NCBI GenBank assembly: GCA_049519355.1 | Contig: JBEKQV010000001.1 | Span: forward strand, 64,688-128,687 | Source of the DNA: Candidatus Microgenomates bacterium | GTDB taxonomy: Bacteria; Patescibacteriota; Microgenomatia; UBA8517 | Direction of reading: 5' to 3' | DNA: 64,000 nt | Shown here: positions 1 to 10,137 of the stretch, piece by piece | How the letters are laid out: every line of letters starts with the position of its first letter | Numbering within the stretch: the first letter of the stretch is position 1 | Translations under genes and position numbers: made by a program | The notes under the pieces: model-generated | Seen by the model: only the letters and a program-made list of their open reading frames with translations | Told to the model about the DNA's origin: nothing | Databases searched by the model: none

Positions 1-439
1 ACGAACGGGAATAATAAATTACTGTTGGAGAAATTGCATAAAGGCCGGCGGCTATTACTCCCGCCCGTTTCCCAAACCAAATTCTTCCTACCCACCAGAC
101 AAAAGCAACGGTAATAACACCCAAAATTGCAATCTGCACCGCTGGGCCTACGGGTGAAAAATTGGCAAGCAAAAGAGGAAGTGCCATCATATAGTAATAC
201 AACGGTCCCAAGTATAAATTTCCAACCGATGTACCCGGTCCTATGAGAGGCGGGTGAAGTTCGGTAAAAATCCTTCTGACAACGATAACATCCCTTCCTT
301 CATCTCCCAAAAATGTCATATATTGATCAATTTTGTAAAGCCTGCAAATTGAAGCGACCAGAAGGATGAATCCTAAAATAACGGCTTCCTTCTTGTTATT
401 CTTTATCCAAAAAACTATTTTATTCAATAATCTTTTCAT
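1..439 (-). CDS. ArnT/PMT-like (GT-C) membrane glycosyltransferase, runs off window start
   Basis: Manual translation from ATG 439: MKRLLNK...FLGDEGRD...GPLYYY, multiple TM segments; ATGA overlap with upstream GT2. Confidence 0.75.
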   Translation of the reverse strand, partial: MKRLLNKIVFWIKNNKKEAVILGFILLVASICRLYKIDQYMTFLGDEGRDVIVVRRIFTELHPPLIGPGTSVGNLYLGPLYYYMMALPLLLANFSPVGPAVQIAILGVITVAFVWWVGRIWFGKRAGVIAAGLYAISPTVIYYSRS

Positions 440-1146
440 TGCAGCTTTTTCCAAAGACTAAATAGATCTCCAAAACTTTTAAGAATCACATTTAAATTTC
501 TTCCTGTCCCTGCTCCTTTAGTCCGAGCATAATGAGTCACAGGAACCTGCTCAATCTTAAACCCAGCCTTCTCTGATCTTATCAAAAGTTCACTACTTAT
601 AAATGCTCCTCTTTCACTTTCGAGATGTGGGATTGTATCTATTACTTTCTTAGAAATCATTTTAAACGCACAATCGATGTCTTTAACCCTAAGTCCAAAA
701 AGAACGAAGACCGTAAATTCCCAAATTTTACTGGTTAAAATTTTAATCGCCGAAACCTGCCTTTTTTTATAATATCCGATAACCAAATCTGCGCCCGTTT
801 CTTTTTGTTTTTTTATGAAGATTTCAATCTCTTTGAAATCGAATTGTCCGTCCGCATCTATAAAAGCAATCCATGGATGAGTTCCGGCATACAAACCTGT
901 ACTAATAGTCGCACCATAACCTTCATTGGTTTTGTGCTTAATAATCCTAATTCTTTTATCCGAGTTTGCAAGCTTCTCTTCCAACTCTGGAGACCCATCA
1001 CTTGAACCGTCATCAACAAGAATAAGCTCCCATTCAGCCGCTATTTTTTGAAGTTCCTTCTTTGTAGTCAAAACAACACCTTCGATATTTTCTTCTTCGT
1101 TATAAATCGGCAAAAAAACCGAAAGTTTTTCAATTATCTTAGCCAC
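436..1146 (-). CDS. GT2 glycosyltransferase (polyprenol-phosphate sugar synthase-like)
   Basis: PIYNEEENI, VDDGSSDGS, FIDADGQF motifs. Confidence 0.9.
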   Translation of the reverse strand: MAKIIEKLSVFLPIYNEEENIEGVVLTTKKELQKIAAEWELILVDDGSSDGSPELEEKLANSDKRIRIIKHKTNEGYGATISTGLYAGTHPWIAFIDADGQFDFKEIEIFIKKQKETGADLVIGYYKKRQVSAIKILTSKIWEFTVFVLFGLRVKDIDCAFKMISKKVIDTIPHLESERGAFISSELLIRSEKAGFKIEQVPVTHYARTKGAGTGRNLNVILKSFGDLFSLWKKLQ

Positions 1147-1191
1147 AGGTCAAGTCTAGCATATTACTCCCGCCCCGTGCTAATATTCGAT

Positions 1192-2352
1192 ATGGCGGCA
1201 AAAGTAAAAGGATTGATCGCTATAGTTGCATTTTCCCTCATTCCTACTCTGCTTATTTGGCTCCCATTCCTTCTGCGTGTTGGCACCTTTTGGAGTATTC
1301 CTCTATCTCAGAACGGAATGGCAACTATAGTGGCAAACTACGACGGACCACTTTATTTGGTAGTTGCAAAAACCTTATACAATAAGGGTCAGATTGAATC
1401 CAACTTCCAGTTTCCTTTACCCGCTGAGTATTACACAGCACACTTTCCACTATTTCCCCTCCTCATAAAAGCATTTGGCGTTGTTATTAATTACCCCTAT
1501 GCGATGTTAATAGTAACCCTGCTTTCCTCAATACTGGCAACATATTTTTTTATGAGGCTCATATCGCAATTTGTTGACAAGAAAGAGGTTTTGTTTCTAA
1601 CCTTTCTCTTTACAATCTTTCCGGCCAGGTGGCTTATCGTCAGGTCAGTCGGGTCGGCAGACCCCTTATTCGTCGCATCGGTAATCGCATCTGTCTATTA
1701 TTTTAAAAACAAAAAATATTGGTTGGCTGGAATTTGGGGTGCAGTAGCCCAACTAACGAAATCTCCCGGAATCATACTTTTTATTTCGTACGTAATATTC
1801 CTTCTGATTCCGATAATCAAAAACAATATTCTTTCTCCTGCGGGTAAGTGGATTCAAAATCTAAACTTAAAGAAAACTTTCCCAATATTTTTGATACCTC
1901 TGACACTTCTTGTCGTATTCGGTTTTTACAAAATAGTTCAAGGAAATTTTTGGGCCTACTTTCAATCCGGTGATAATATTCACCTAGCATTTCCACCGTT
2001 CCAAATCTTTAATTATTCGGCGCCATGGGTAGGCACTTTCTGGCTTGAAGAAATAATCTTTATATATTTATTCGGCGCCTTGGGTGTTTACAAACTTTTT
2101 CAGAAAAAGGAATTTGAGTTGGCAACGTTTGCCGCAACATTTTTTGCATTGACACTTTTTATCGCCCACCGGGATTTACTCAGGTATTCACTCCCGCTTG
2201 TACCTTTCCTCTTTGTTGCATTTTCCGATGTTTTAGTCAAAAAGGAATTTAAATTCGCCATTTTTATAATAATAATTCCAATTTACCTTTATTCACTGGC
2301 TTTTATTTCCCAAAATGTAATGCCAATTAGCAACTGGGCTCCATTCCTATAG
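1192..2352 (+). CDS. GT-C membrane mannosyltransferase-like (PIG-V-like) protein
   Basis: NYDGPLY and HFPLFP motifs, many TM helices; start moved to ATG 1192. Confidence 0.7.
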   Translation: MAAKVKGLIAIVAFSLIPTLLIWLPFLLRVGTFWSIPLSQNGMATIVANYDGPLYLVVAKTLYNKGQIESNFQFPLPAEYYTAHFPLFPLLIKAFGVVINYPYAMLIVTLLSSILATYFFMRLISQFVDKKEVLFLTFLFTIFPARWLIVRSVGSADPLFVASVIASVYYFKNKKYWLAGIWGAVAQLTKSPGIILFISYVIFLLIPIIKNNILSPAGKWIQNLNLKKTFPIFLIPLTLLVVFGFYKIVQGNFWAYFQSGDNIHLAFPPFQIFNYSAPWVGTFWLEEIIFIYLFGALGVYKLFQKKEFELATFAATFFALTLFIAHRDLLRYSLPLVPFLFVAFSDVLVKKEFKFAIFIIIIPIYLYSLAFISQNVMPISNWAPFL

Positions 2353-2408
2353 CGTAAGCTGCGAGCATAACCGTGGGTTTTTGCTAGTTTTCGTGACTAA
2401 TCTTATAT

Positions 2409-2606
2409 ATGGAAATTGCCAGGCACTGGAGACTCAAGGCCCAGAGATATGGACTGGTGGGCAGTATTTGTCCGGATTGTGGTCGAAAAGATTTTCCTCC
2501 CAGGCAAGTGTGTCTGGATTGCCAAGGAGAGAAGATTATTCAATCCGATTTTCCAAAGGGAGAAGTATATTCTTCAGAAAAGTCAGTTGTGCCTTTGCCA
2601 AGGTAA
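2409..2606 (+). CDS. Stand-alone DUF35-type rubredoxin-like zinc ribbon protein
   Basis: RHWR..QRY.LVG..CPDCG...FPPR.VC..C. Confidence 0.65.
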   Translation: MEIARHWRLKAQRYGLVGSICPDCGRKDFPPRQVCLDCQGEKIIQSDFPKGEVYSSEKSVVPLPR

Positions 2607-3797
2607 CTTCCAAGTCTTCCAAATAAATAAGTTGTAAACAACGTAATTGTAAGGAACAATAACAAATATCAACGCACATACTAATGCCAAAAGATGGGTT
2701 AGAGATGTATCCGGTAAAAACAAGACCGCACCTCCAACAATTAAAGGCTGCACGATAACTGCAAAAAGTGAAGATAAATTGAAAAGAAGAAATTTAGGAA
2801 TAATTTCACCTAAGCCATTCAATTTTTTCTCTTTGAAGGTCCAGACGTTATTGAAAATAAAGTTTGAGATAATTGAAAGCTCTGTAGCAAAAAGAGTTGC
2901 CCAAAAAGTTGCTTCAAGAAGTATTGCCAGCCAACCGGGAAGGTTAAGATTCCTAAAATAGTTTCCGATCGCAGATGTAAAAGCCAATCTTCTAAAAACT
3001 TCTAAACCCACATAATTAACAACAAATCCCGTAAAACCCACTACCGCAAATTTCAGAAAACGCTGCTTATCCTTAATTCCCAGTATTGTTGCAACTTTGA
3101 AAGTCGCAATCATCTCTTTCCAGTTGAATTTAGATTTTTCTTTAGTCCTTGATGCAAACTCCAGTGGAACTTCTACCGTTTTTTTCGAATTTTTAAGACA
3201 TTGATAAAGAAGATCAACTTTGTATGCGAAACGGTCCAGATCCATCAGGTTTTCCAAATCGATTTTGTCTAGAACTCCTTTAACCCGGGAAAGTCGAAAA
3301 CCGGTGGTTAAATCATGAATTTTAAAATTAAGTAGGACCAAGCGGATATAGAGGTTTCCAAAATAACTCACCATTTTCCGGGACAATGCCCATTCTTTTG
3401 GTACAGATCCGCCCTTAACATAACGGCTGCCGATGCAATAATCCGCACCGGCAAGATATGCATCAACCATTGGTTTTACAAATCTCGGAGGGTGTTGAAA
3501 ATCCGCGTCCATTTCCAAAACCGCATCCGCCTTAAGCTCCTTCATGGCATATTGCATTCCCCTTACATACGCCCAACCAAGTCCGGGCTTATCCTGCTGA
3601 ACAATATGCACATGGCTGTAGGCTTTTGAAGCTTTTTCAACGATCTCTGTGGTTCCGTCGGTGGAGTGGTTATCAATAACTAAAAGTTGCATATCGGTGC
3701 CGATCGCAGGAAATTCTCTTTTGACAAGTTCCTCGATCATCCTTTTGATATTCTCAGCCTCGTTCCATGCAGGCATTACTATTACAACTTTTTGCAT
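2583..3797 (-). CDS. Dpm1-like GT2 fused to GtrA-type flippase domain
   Basis: MDADFQHPP, DLTTGFR; C-terminal FLKFAVVG...SNFIFNNVWTF. Confidence 0.85.
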   Translation of the reverse strand: MQKVVIVMPAWNEAENIKRMIEELVKREFPAIGTDMQLLVIDNHSTDGTTEIVEKASKAYSHVHIVQQDKPGLGWAYVRGMQYAMKELKADAVLEMDADFQHPPRFVKPMVDAYLAGADYCIGSRYVKGGSVPKEWALSRKMVSYFGNLYIRLVLLNFKIHDLTTGFRLSRVKGVLDKIDLENLMDLDRFAYKVDLLYQCLKNSKKTVEVPLEFASRTKEKSKFNWKEMIATFKVATILGIKDKQRFLKFAVVGFTGFVVNYVGLEVFRRLAFTSAIGNYFRNLNLPGWLAILLEATFWATLFATELSIISNFIFNNVWTFKEKKLNGLGEIIPKFLLFNLSSLFAVIVQPLIVGGAVLFLPDTSLTHLLALVCALIFVIVPYNYVVYNLFIWKTWKLPWQRHN

Positions 3798-3838
3798 GAT
3801 TTAACTTTAAAACATAAGCCTGTTAAAATACAGAGGCA

Positions 3839-4471
3839 ATGACAAAAATTGACGTTCTAACCTTATTTCCGGAAATGTTCCAATGCCCTTTTGATGCGTC
3901 CATTATCAAGCGTGCACAAAGCCGGAACTTAATAAAAGTTGAAGTTCATAATCTGCGAAAATGGGGGGAAGGAACAAGAAGAAATGTGGACGATCGCCCT
4001 TATGGCGGAGGTGTAGGAATGATTCTCAGGGTAGACATAATTGATGCAGCTCTGAAAGATTTGAGAACTAAAATGTCAAAAGTTATTCTCCTTGATGCCA
4101 CCGGAGATAGATACACTCAGGCTAAAGTGCAGGAATTTTCGAAATTGGAACACATTATTTTAATCGCCGGGCATTACGAGGGTGTTGACCACAGAGTCCA
4201 CGAGTATCTTGCTGACGAAATAATTTCAATAGGTGATTATGTTCTCACCGGCGGGGAAATCCCAGCGATGGTAATTGTAGATTCGGTAATCCGTCTTATT
4301 CCAGGGGTTCTTGGTAAAGATGAGTCCTCTGCGGTTGAATCACACAAAGAACCGGGATATTTGGAGTATCCGCAATACACAAGACCGGAGATTTACAAAA
4401 AATGGAAAGTTCCTGACGTACTTCTATCCGGTAACCATAAAGAAATCGAGAAGTGGAGGAAAGAATCCTAA
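3839..4471 (+). CDS. trmD: tRNA (guanine37-N1)-methyltransferase
   Basis: VLTLFPEMF, VDDRPYGGG.GM, GHYEGVD, SIGDYVLTGGE, LEYPQYTRP. Confidence 0.97.
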   Translation: MTKIDVLTLFPEMFQCPFDASIIKRAQSRNLIKVEVHNLRKWGEGTRRNVDDRPYGGGVGMILRVDIIDAALKDLRTKMSKVILLDATGDRYTQAKVQEFSKLEHIILIAGHYEGVDHRVHEYLADEIISIGDYVLTGGEIPAMVIVDSVIRLIPGVLGKDESSAVESHKEPGYLEYPQYTRPEIYKKWKVPDVLLSGNHKEIEKWRKES

Positions 4472-4472
4472 T

Positions 4473-6242
4473 TCACTTTTCTTTTTCCCAACGTGACTTC
4501 GGTGATGTAACCGCCCCCCATTTCTGGCCCAACCAAAGCATCGCCGTCAATAAACTATATCTAAACTCTCCGTGATAGATTTTAGAACTGGCAATAAGCT
4601 GGGGATTAATTATCGCCTTTCCAATCCTTTTTGCAGTTGCACCGTGATGATGGAAAAACTTGGCCTCAGGAACGTAGTAAAGCGGAACATTATATTTCTT
4701 AAGTCTTCTACAGTAATCAATGTCTTCAAAATACATAAAAAGCTTCCGGTTTAGGTAGCCGATTTTATTAATAACTTTTCTCGGGATCAAAAAGTTCGCC
4801 ATTGCCGCACCTTCGACGCGCACAGGTTTCGTAACTTCCGGTCTGAACATAAAATAACTGCCTTTAATATTTAAGAAATATTGTTTAAATGCTCCCCAAA
4901 TCGTCGGTAGCATAAAACACGAATCCTGAGGATCTCCATTCGGAAAAAGCAGCTGACCGGATAAGGCATACTCATTGTTAAACTTTTCGCTAGTCTTGAT
5001 CAATGTTTCAAGAGCATTATCCTTAACTTCAATATCCGAATTAAGCATAAAAAGAAGTTCTCCCCGTGCAAATTCCATCAGTCTGTTGTATCCTCCAACA
5101 AATCCTTTGTTAACTTTATTTCTAATAAACCTTACCTGAGGATATTTTTTCATAAGGGGTTCAAAATTATCATCCGTTGCATTATCAAGAACAATCACTT
5201 CATCTTTGTCCGAATTAAACCCTGATTTTTTGTTGTAAACGCTGTTAAGAAGTTGGTCAGTAAGGTCCGAGGTTTTGTAATCGGAAACCAAAATAGACAT
5301 GCGCACAGGATATGTATAATCTCCGGCCGTTATCTTTTTATAAGGCGAGGCCCCTTTCTTGCCCATTACAAAATCAATAACTCCCCGCTTCTGCGGTATT
5401 CTTCCAATGAGCAATTGTTTAATACTTTCCCTAATAACCGCGAATCTCGTCCTGAAACTTGCGTACCTAAACGTAAAATACAAACGGTTTCTTGTTAATA
5501 AATAATCGGTTTGAGGCGAGCCGATACCCATTGTTTGAGAAACTTTATGATAAATATGTGTATCCCCGCAATAAAACAACTTGCTTCCACTTCGCAGAAT
5601 TCTTTGCTGCCAATCATTATCCTCAAAGTAAGCGTATAGATCCTCGTCAAAATAGCCAATGGTCTCCAAAGTTTCGCGCCTGACCATGAAACAGCAACCG
5701 CTAATAAATCCCGTCTCTTGTATCTTATCGAATTTTCCTTTGTCAACTTGATCAATCCCCTTGTGAACGCTCCTAACATTGTTCCAGTCAAATAAGCCTC
5801 CAGCGTACCAAATCACCTTTCCTTTATCGGATGGATTATATTTATCAAGAAATTCATAACCAGGTGCAAAGTATATTTTCGGTGAAACTACTGCAGCAGT
5901 AGAATTTTCATCCAATACTTTTGCCAACTTCTTTATAAGCTGATTATCTCCGATCAAAGTATCGTTATTTATAATCGCAATATAATCAGCTCCCCAGGCA
6001 GCCGCATACCTCATTCCCAGCGTATAACTCCCCGCAAAACCCTTATCAATACCAGCCTGAAGCAAATCAAGATAGGAAATCTTCCCTTTTATATGATCGC
6101 CAATCCAGTCACCGGGAGTTTTATCAACTATAACAAACTTAAAATCTATTCCACCAACATCAAGATTTTTAACGGTTGCGAGTAACTCCAATGTATCTTT
6201 AGCCCCTCCAAAATTTACGGTAACCAACGCAATTTTTTTCAT
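4473..6242 (-). CDS. Two-domain GT2 glycosyltransferase
   Basis: Two tandem GT2 modules (INNDT...YFEDND; LNSD...YFEDIDYC). Confidence 0.88.
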   Translation of the reverse strand: MKKIALVTVNFGGAKDTLELLATVKNLDVGGIDFKFVIVDKTPGDWIGDHIKGKISYLDLLQAGIDKGFAGSYTLGMRYAAAWGADYIAIINNDTLIGDNQLIKKLAKVLDENSTAAVVSPKIYFAPGYEFLDKYNPSDKGKVIWYAGGLFDWNNVRSVHKGIDQVDKGKFDKIQETGFISGCCFMVRRETLETIGYFDEDLYAYFEDNDWQQRILRSGSKLFYCGDTHIYHKVSQTMGIGSPQTDYLLTRNRLYFTFRYASFRTRFAVIRESIKQLLIGRIPQKRGVIDFVMGKKGASPYKKITAGDYTYPVRMSILVSDYKTSDLTDQLLNSVYNKKSGFNSDKDEVIVLDNATDDNFEPLMKKYPQVRFIRNKVNKGFVGGYNRLMEFARGELLFMLNSDIEVKDNALETLIKTSEKFNNEYALSGQLLFPNGDPQDSCFMLPTIWGAFKQYFLNIKGSYFMFRPEVTKPVRVEGAAMANFLIPRKVINKIGYLNRKLFMYFEDIDYCRRLKKYNVPLYYVPEAKFFHHHGATAKRIGKAIINPQLIASSKIYHGEFRYSLLTAMLWLGQKWGAVTSPKSRWEKEK

Positions 6243-7168
6243 TTGATCTCCTTTAATGTTTGTAGGTAAGCATCCTGCCTCATTTTATTCCCCAAAACGG
6301 AAAAAATCAGCAAGCGGATAAAAATACCTACTTTTATTGCAGGCAAAACCCAATACATCTGTCTTGAATAATTTTTCCGCATGTAATAGACAAACCCCAA
6401 AATCTCCCGTCTGAAAATTTTGGCTAGTTCTTTAGGATCCCCTTTAGCACTTGCCTTATCTACATGTGTTATGGAAAAACTGGGTGTATACCAAATATGA
6501 GAACCTGCATTTTTTGCCCTTCTGCACCATTCAACTTCTTCCATGTAAAGGAAAAAATTCTCATCAAATCCTTTACTCTTAGCAAACACTTCACGCTTCA
6601 TAAAGACAAAGGCTCCCATTACCCAACCAACCAGTCTATCTTTACCAAAAAAGTTTGGATCTTTGGGATGGAAGGGAGAAAAAAGTTTCCCGACCAATGG
6701 AATTAATTCCAATCCCCAAAGCCATGACCAAACCGAGGAAGGTGTCGGGAGGTATCCGGCGCTTGGTTGGAATCTTCCGTCTTCATATTCCAACCTGCAT
6801 CCTAAAACATCACAATCGGCATGACTCTCAAAAAACTCAAGCGCTTTGACCAACGTCTCTTTTTGAACATAAGCGTCGTTATTTAAAAGAAGAACATATT
6901 CATTTTTTGGGTTTACCTTTCTAAATCCAAAATTATTTCCTTTTCCGTAACCCAGGTCGGATCCTGAAGGAAACATCCTAACCCAAGGATATTTTTTGGC
7001 GATCATTTCGGGAGACCCGTCGGACGATGCGTTTTCGACAACTATTACCTCAGTCGCTGCAACATCTTTTGCAAAATCGACAGCCTTTTTCATACACGCC
7101 AGACATTTATCCGTAATGTCTTTCGTATTCCAGCTAACAATAACAACCGAAATCCCAGGTTTTTCCAT
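6239..7168 (-). CDS. GT2 glycosyltransferase (WbbL-like)
   Basis: VIVSWN, VENASSDGS, LLNNDA, FFLYMEEVEWC. Confidence 0.88.
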   Translation of the reverse strand: MEKPGISVVIVSWNTKDITDKCLACMKKAVDFAKDVAATEVIVVENASSDGSPEMIAKKYPWVRMFPSGSDLGYGKGNNFGFRKVNPKNEYVLLLNNDAYVQKETLVKALEFFESHADCDVLGCRLEYEDGRFQPSAGYLPTPSSVWSWLWGLELIPLVGKLFSPFHPKDPNFFGKDRLVGWVMGAFVFMKREVFAKSKGFDENFFLYMEEVEWCRRAKNAGSHIWYTPSFSITHVDKASAKGDPKELAKIFRREILGFVYYMRKNYSRQMYWVLPAIKVGIFIRLLIFSVLGNKMRQDAYLQTLKEIK

Positions 7169-7235
7169 CTTGACGTTAGTGAAATGATACCTCGCCGTCT
7201 TTCACGGCGCAACGTGTATAATATTAATCATCGTT

Positions 7236-8210
7236 ATGGAAAAAAAGCAGCCGAGAAAGAAGTATAGTATCGGTGTCGCCGTAATTACCTACAAAGATTC
7301 CAGGCATCTAGAACGGTGTTTGCCGCCTCTTTTAAACTCTCCATTAAAACCGAAGGTTTTAGTCTTCAACTCAAGCTCGAATGACGGAACAGTAGAACTG
7401 GCTAAAAAACTTGGTGCCGAAGTGTTTATTATTCCAAGAACCGAAATGAATCACGGAGAAGCCAGGGAACTCTGCAGAAAGAAATTGGGTACTGACATTG
7501 TTGTAATGATGACACCCGATGCTTATGCGTCAGATAAATATATGTTAGGAAAACTCATTGAGCCAATTCTTGAAGGAAAGGCGGCAATTGCCTATGCAAG
7601 ACAAGTCGCACATGAAGGGGCTAACATTATCTCATCTTTTGGCCGAATGTTTAGTTTCCCCGATCAAAGCAATATACGCGGAATAGAAAATGCAAATAAA
7701 TACGGAGCCTATACAGCCTTCTGTTCAGATGCTTGCACAGCATACTTGAATAAGACACTTGACCAGATTGGAGGGTTCCGATGGCTTCTTTCCGGTGAGG
7801 ATGCTGTTGCCGCGTCGATGATACTCAGAAAAGGTTATAAAATTGCCTACGTTGCCGAGGCTGTTGTCAGACACTCACACAACTACAGCCCAATCAAAGA
7901 ATTCAGGAGACATTTCGATACCGGCATGTATCGGACACAGTGGCATAAAATTCTTGATTTGGGAGGGGGCGGAGAGCAAACCCGCGGAGCTTCCTACGCA
8001 CTATCACTTTTGACATATGTTATTAAAAAAGAGCCGCTGATGTTTCCAACGGCATTCGCCCAGCTTGCCATGGGGTGGTTAGGCTTTCAGTTCGGAAGAA
8101 TTTGTTACCACAGAGCACCGCTCTGGCTTTATAAAATGATAAGTCCGGCGGACTTTTTCTGGAATTCAACCGGCTATAAAGAGGGCAAATGGTTTGACCC
8201 AGCCAAATAA
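7236..8210 (+). CDS. GT2 rhamnosyltransferase-like
   Basis: NHGEAR, TPDA, YARQ, FCSD, YVAEAVVRHSH. Confidence 0.82.
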   Translation: MEKKQPRKKYSIGVAVITYKDSRHLERCLPPLLNSPLKPKVLVFNSSSNDGTVELAKKLGAEVFIIPRTEMNHGEARELCRKKLGTDIVVMMTPDAYASDKYMLGKLIEPILEGKAAIAYARQVAHEGANIISSFGRMFSFPDQSNIRGIENANKYGAYTAFCSDACTAYLNKTLDQIGGFRWLLSGEDAVAASMILRKGYKIAYVAEAVVRHSHNYSPIKEFRRHFDTGMYRTQWHKILDLGGGGEQTRGASYALSLLTYVIKKEPLMFPTAFAQLAMGWLGFQFGRICYHRAPLWLYKMISPADFFWNSTGYKEGKWFDPAK

Positions 8211-8743
8211 CTCCTCAAGGCAATATCAATTGCGATTAGTTCTGTATCAATTAAATTACTCAAAGCTTTTAATTTAGTTACCTCGCACCAGACCCAATCT
8301 CTCTGATCTTTAGTATCGTTAGCCAACTCAACTGTATAAACCAAGGCCATAACAGGACCGCGCAAAGTATCTTGAAAAGCAACCCCGGCAAATTTAGGTG
8401 GGTTGATAAACTTGGTTTTTATTTCATCGCTTTGGATTCTCTCAAAAGGACCGTTTTCCGGTTTTTGATCTTTCCGGTGGAAATCCGCCGCACGGAACAT
8501 TTTCCCCGGCAAGTTTAACATTCCCGGCCATGTTGGGTCACTTCCCGGCCTTGGTAAAAGCAAAACCTCTGTATTTGCAGCTTTCTTTCGAAAGATTACA
8601 ATAATGGTACTCGCCATTGGGGCAATTTTTGATATCTTGGCATACAGCCGATCAGAAAGCGGACCGCCATTCCATTTATCCAATATAGAAATAACTTTTT
8701 CGTCATCGCCTGGGTCAAATCCGTCGGTTATAGAAGTCGCCAT
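8174..8743 (-). CDS. Nudix-fold protein (Gmm-like, degenerate Nudix box)
   Basis: EVLLLPR...WPGMLNLPG; last gene of nucleotide-sugar operon. Confidence 0.5.
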   Translation of the reverse strand: MATSITDGFDPGDDEKVISILDKWNGGPLSDRLYAKISKIAPMASTIIVIFRKKAANTEVLLLPRPGSDPTWPGMLNLPGKMFRAADFHRKDQKPENGPFERIQSDEIKTKFINPPKFAGVAFQDTLRGPVMALVYTVELANDTKDQRDWVWCEVTKLKALSNLIDTELIAIDIALRSYLAGSNHLPSL

Positions 8744-8745
8744 AA

Positions 8746-9603
8746 TTATTTTTTATTTTGAAGAAATTCCCTAAGGGCTTCTTGCCAGGAACGCTGTTTT
8801 GGAAGTTTTGTATTTATAAGTCCGGAGTATTGTGGATGTTTTGTTGTTTTTGGCGTCAAGCTGTGTTTGGCAGGAATGACCATCGGGCCTTTTCCAAGGA
8901 TACTAAAAATCTCCCTCGCCCATTCATACCATGTACACAACCCTTCATTTTCGCCGTGATAAATTCCCCAGGGTTTTTTTTCTTCGATGATATCCCTAGT
9001 CAAACGTGCAAGGTCGGGGGCGTATGTCAACGAACTTACTTCAGTGTCGCCTACTTCCAACTCCTTTTTGTCTATCTCAGACAACATGATTTCAACAAAA
9101 GTCCTTTTACTCATTTCGCTAACACCTCTAATTCCAAAGAGGCGCGACAATCTGATAATGTAATATTTCCCTCGTGTTTTTTCTACCCCAATCTCACCGG
9201 CAAGCTTAGATTTTCCGTATTCATCTATAGGGGCAGGCTTATCAGCTTCCTTATAACCCCTCTTATCATCACCAGGAAATACGTAACTTGTGGAGTAATG
9301 GATAAAAATTGCATCGATATCTTTTGCTATTTTGGCCAACTTTGCCGGGGCATCCGCGTTAAGAAGATACGCAAGTTTTTTTGCTTCCTCATCGGTCTCA
9401 ATTTTATCGACTGCGTTGTATGCAGTTGCGTTAATAATAATGTCCGGGTGGATTGATCCGATTTTTCGATCAATTTTCGGCGAAGTAACATCAGCGTCAC
9501 TTTTATCCCAGGCTAAAACATTATATTTGGCATTCTTAAATTCCGTAACCAAAGCTTGACCAAGTGTACCTTGCGAACCAAGAATCAAAACTTTTCTGAA
9601 CAT
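8746..9603 (-). CDS. rfbD: NDP-4-dehydrorhamnose reductase
   Basis: GSQGTLG, AYNAVDKIE, YGKSKLAGE. Confidence 0.9.
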   Translation of the reverse strand: MFRKVLILGSQGTLGQALVTEFKNAKYNVLAWDKSDADVTSPKIDRKIGSIHPDIIINATAYNAVDKIETDEEAKKLAYLLNADAPAKLAKIAKDIDAIFIHYSTSYVFPGDDKRGYKEADKPAPIDEYGKSKLAGEIGVEKTRGKYYIIRLSRLFGIRGVSEMSKRTFVEIMLSEIDKKELEVGDTEVSSLTYAPDLARLTRDIIEEKKPWGIYHGENEGLCTWYEWAREIFSILGKGPMVIPAKHSLTPKTTKHPQYSGLINTKLPKQRSWQEALREFLQNKK

Positions 9604-10137
9604 TTATTTTTTGTAATCAGGCAAATTAGAATCTTTTTCCGAAATAAACGAAGGGGGCATAGGCCAATCTATCTTAAAAAACGGATCGTTCCACCTAAAA
9701 CCTACCTCATAATCAGGCGAATAAAATTCAGAAACCATATATTGGACTCTGCAATCTTTTGTAAGCGTTTCGTAACCGTGTGCCGCTCCTTTTGGAATAA
9801 ACAATAATTTTTTCTCTACGCCCTTGAGGTGAACTCCAACCCACTTTCCAAAAGTCTTTGACTCTTTTCTTACATCCGCAATAACATCAAAAATTTCGCC
9901 GTCGAGACACTGGAAAAATTTTGCCTCTTCCTTAGGCTTAGTCTGCCAATGAAGTCCTCGGATAACTCCCGCCGCCTTTGTGTAAGCCTGATTGATTTGA
10001 ACTATTTTAAAATCGGTTATTCCGGCTTTTTGGAACTCCTCCTCGGCATACATGCGCCTAAAGTAACCTCTTTCGTCCTCGTGGGGCTCAAGAGTCACCT
10101 CAAACATTCCTTCAATTTCTAAAGGGGTAAAAATCAT
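9604..10137 (-). CDS. rfbC: NDP-4-dehydrorhamnose 3,5-epimerase
   Basis: DERGYF, RGLHWQ, GAAHGYETL, WNDP. Confidence 0.92.
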   Translation of the reverse strand: MIFTPLEIEGMFEVTLEPHEDERGYFRRMYAEEEFQKAGITDFKIVQINQAYTKAAGVIRGLHWQTKPKEEAKFFQCLDGEIFDVIADVRKESKTFGKWVGVHLKGVEKKLLFIPKGAAHGYETLTKDCRVQYMVSEFYSPDYEVGFRWNDPFFKIDWPMPPSFISEKDSNLPDYKK

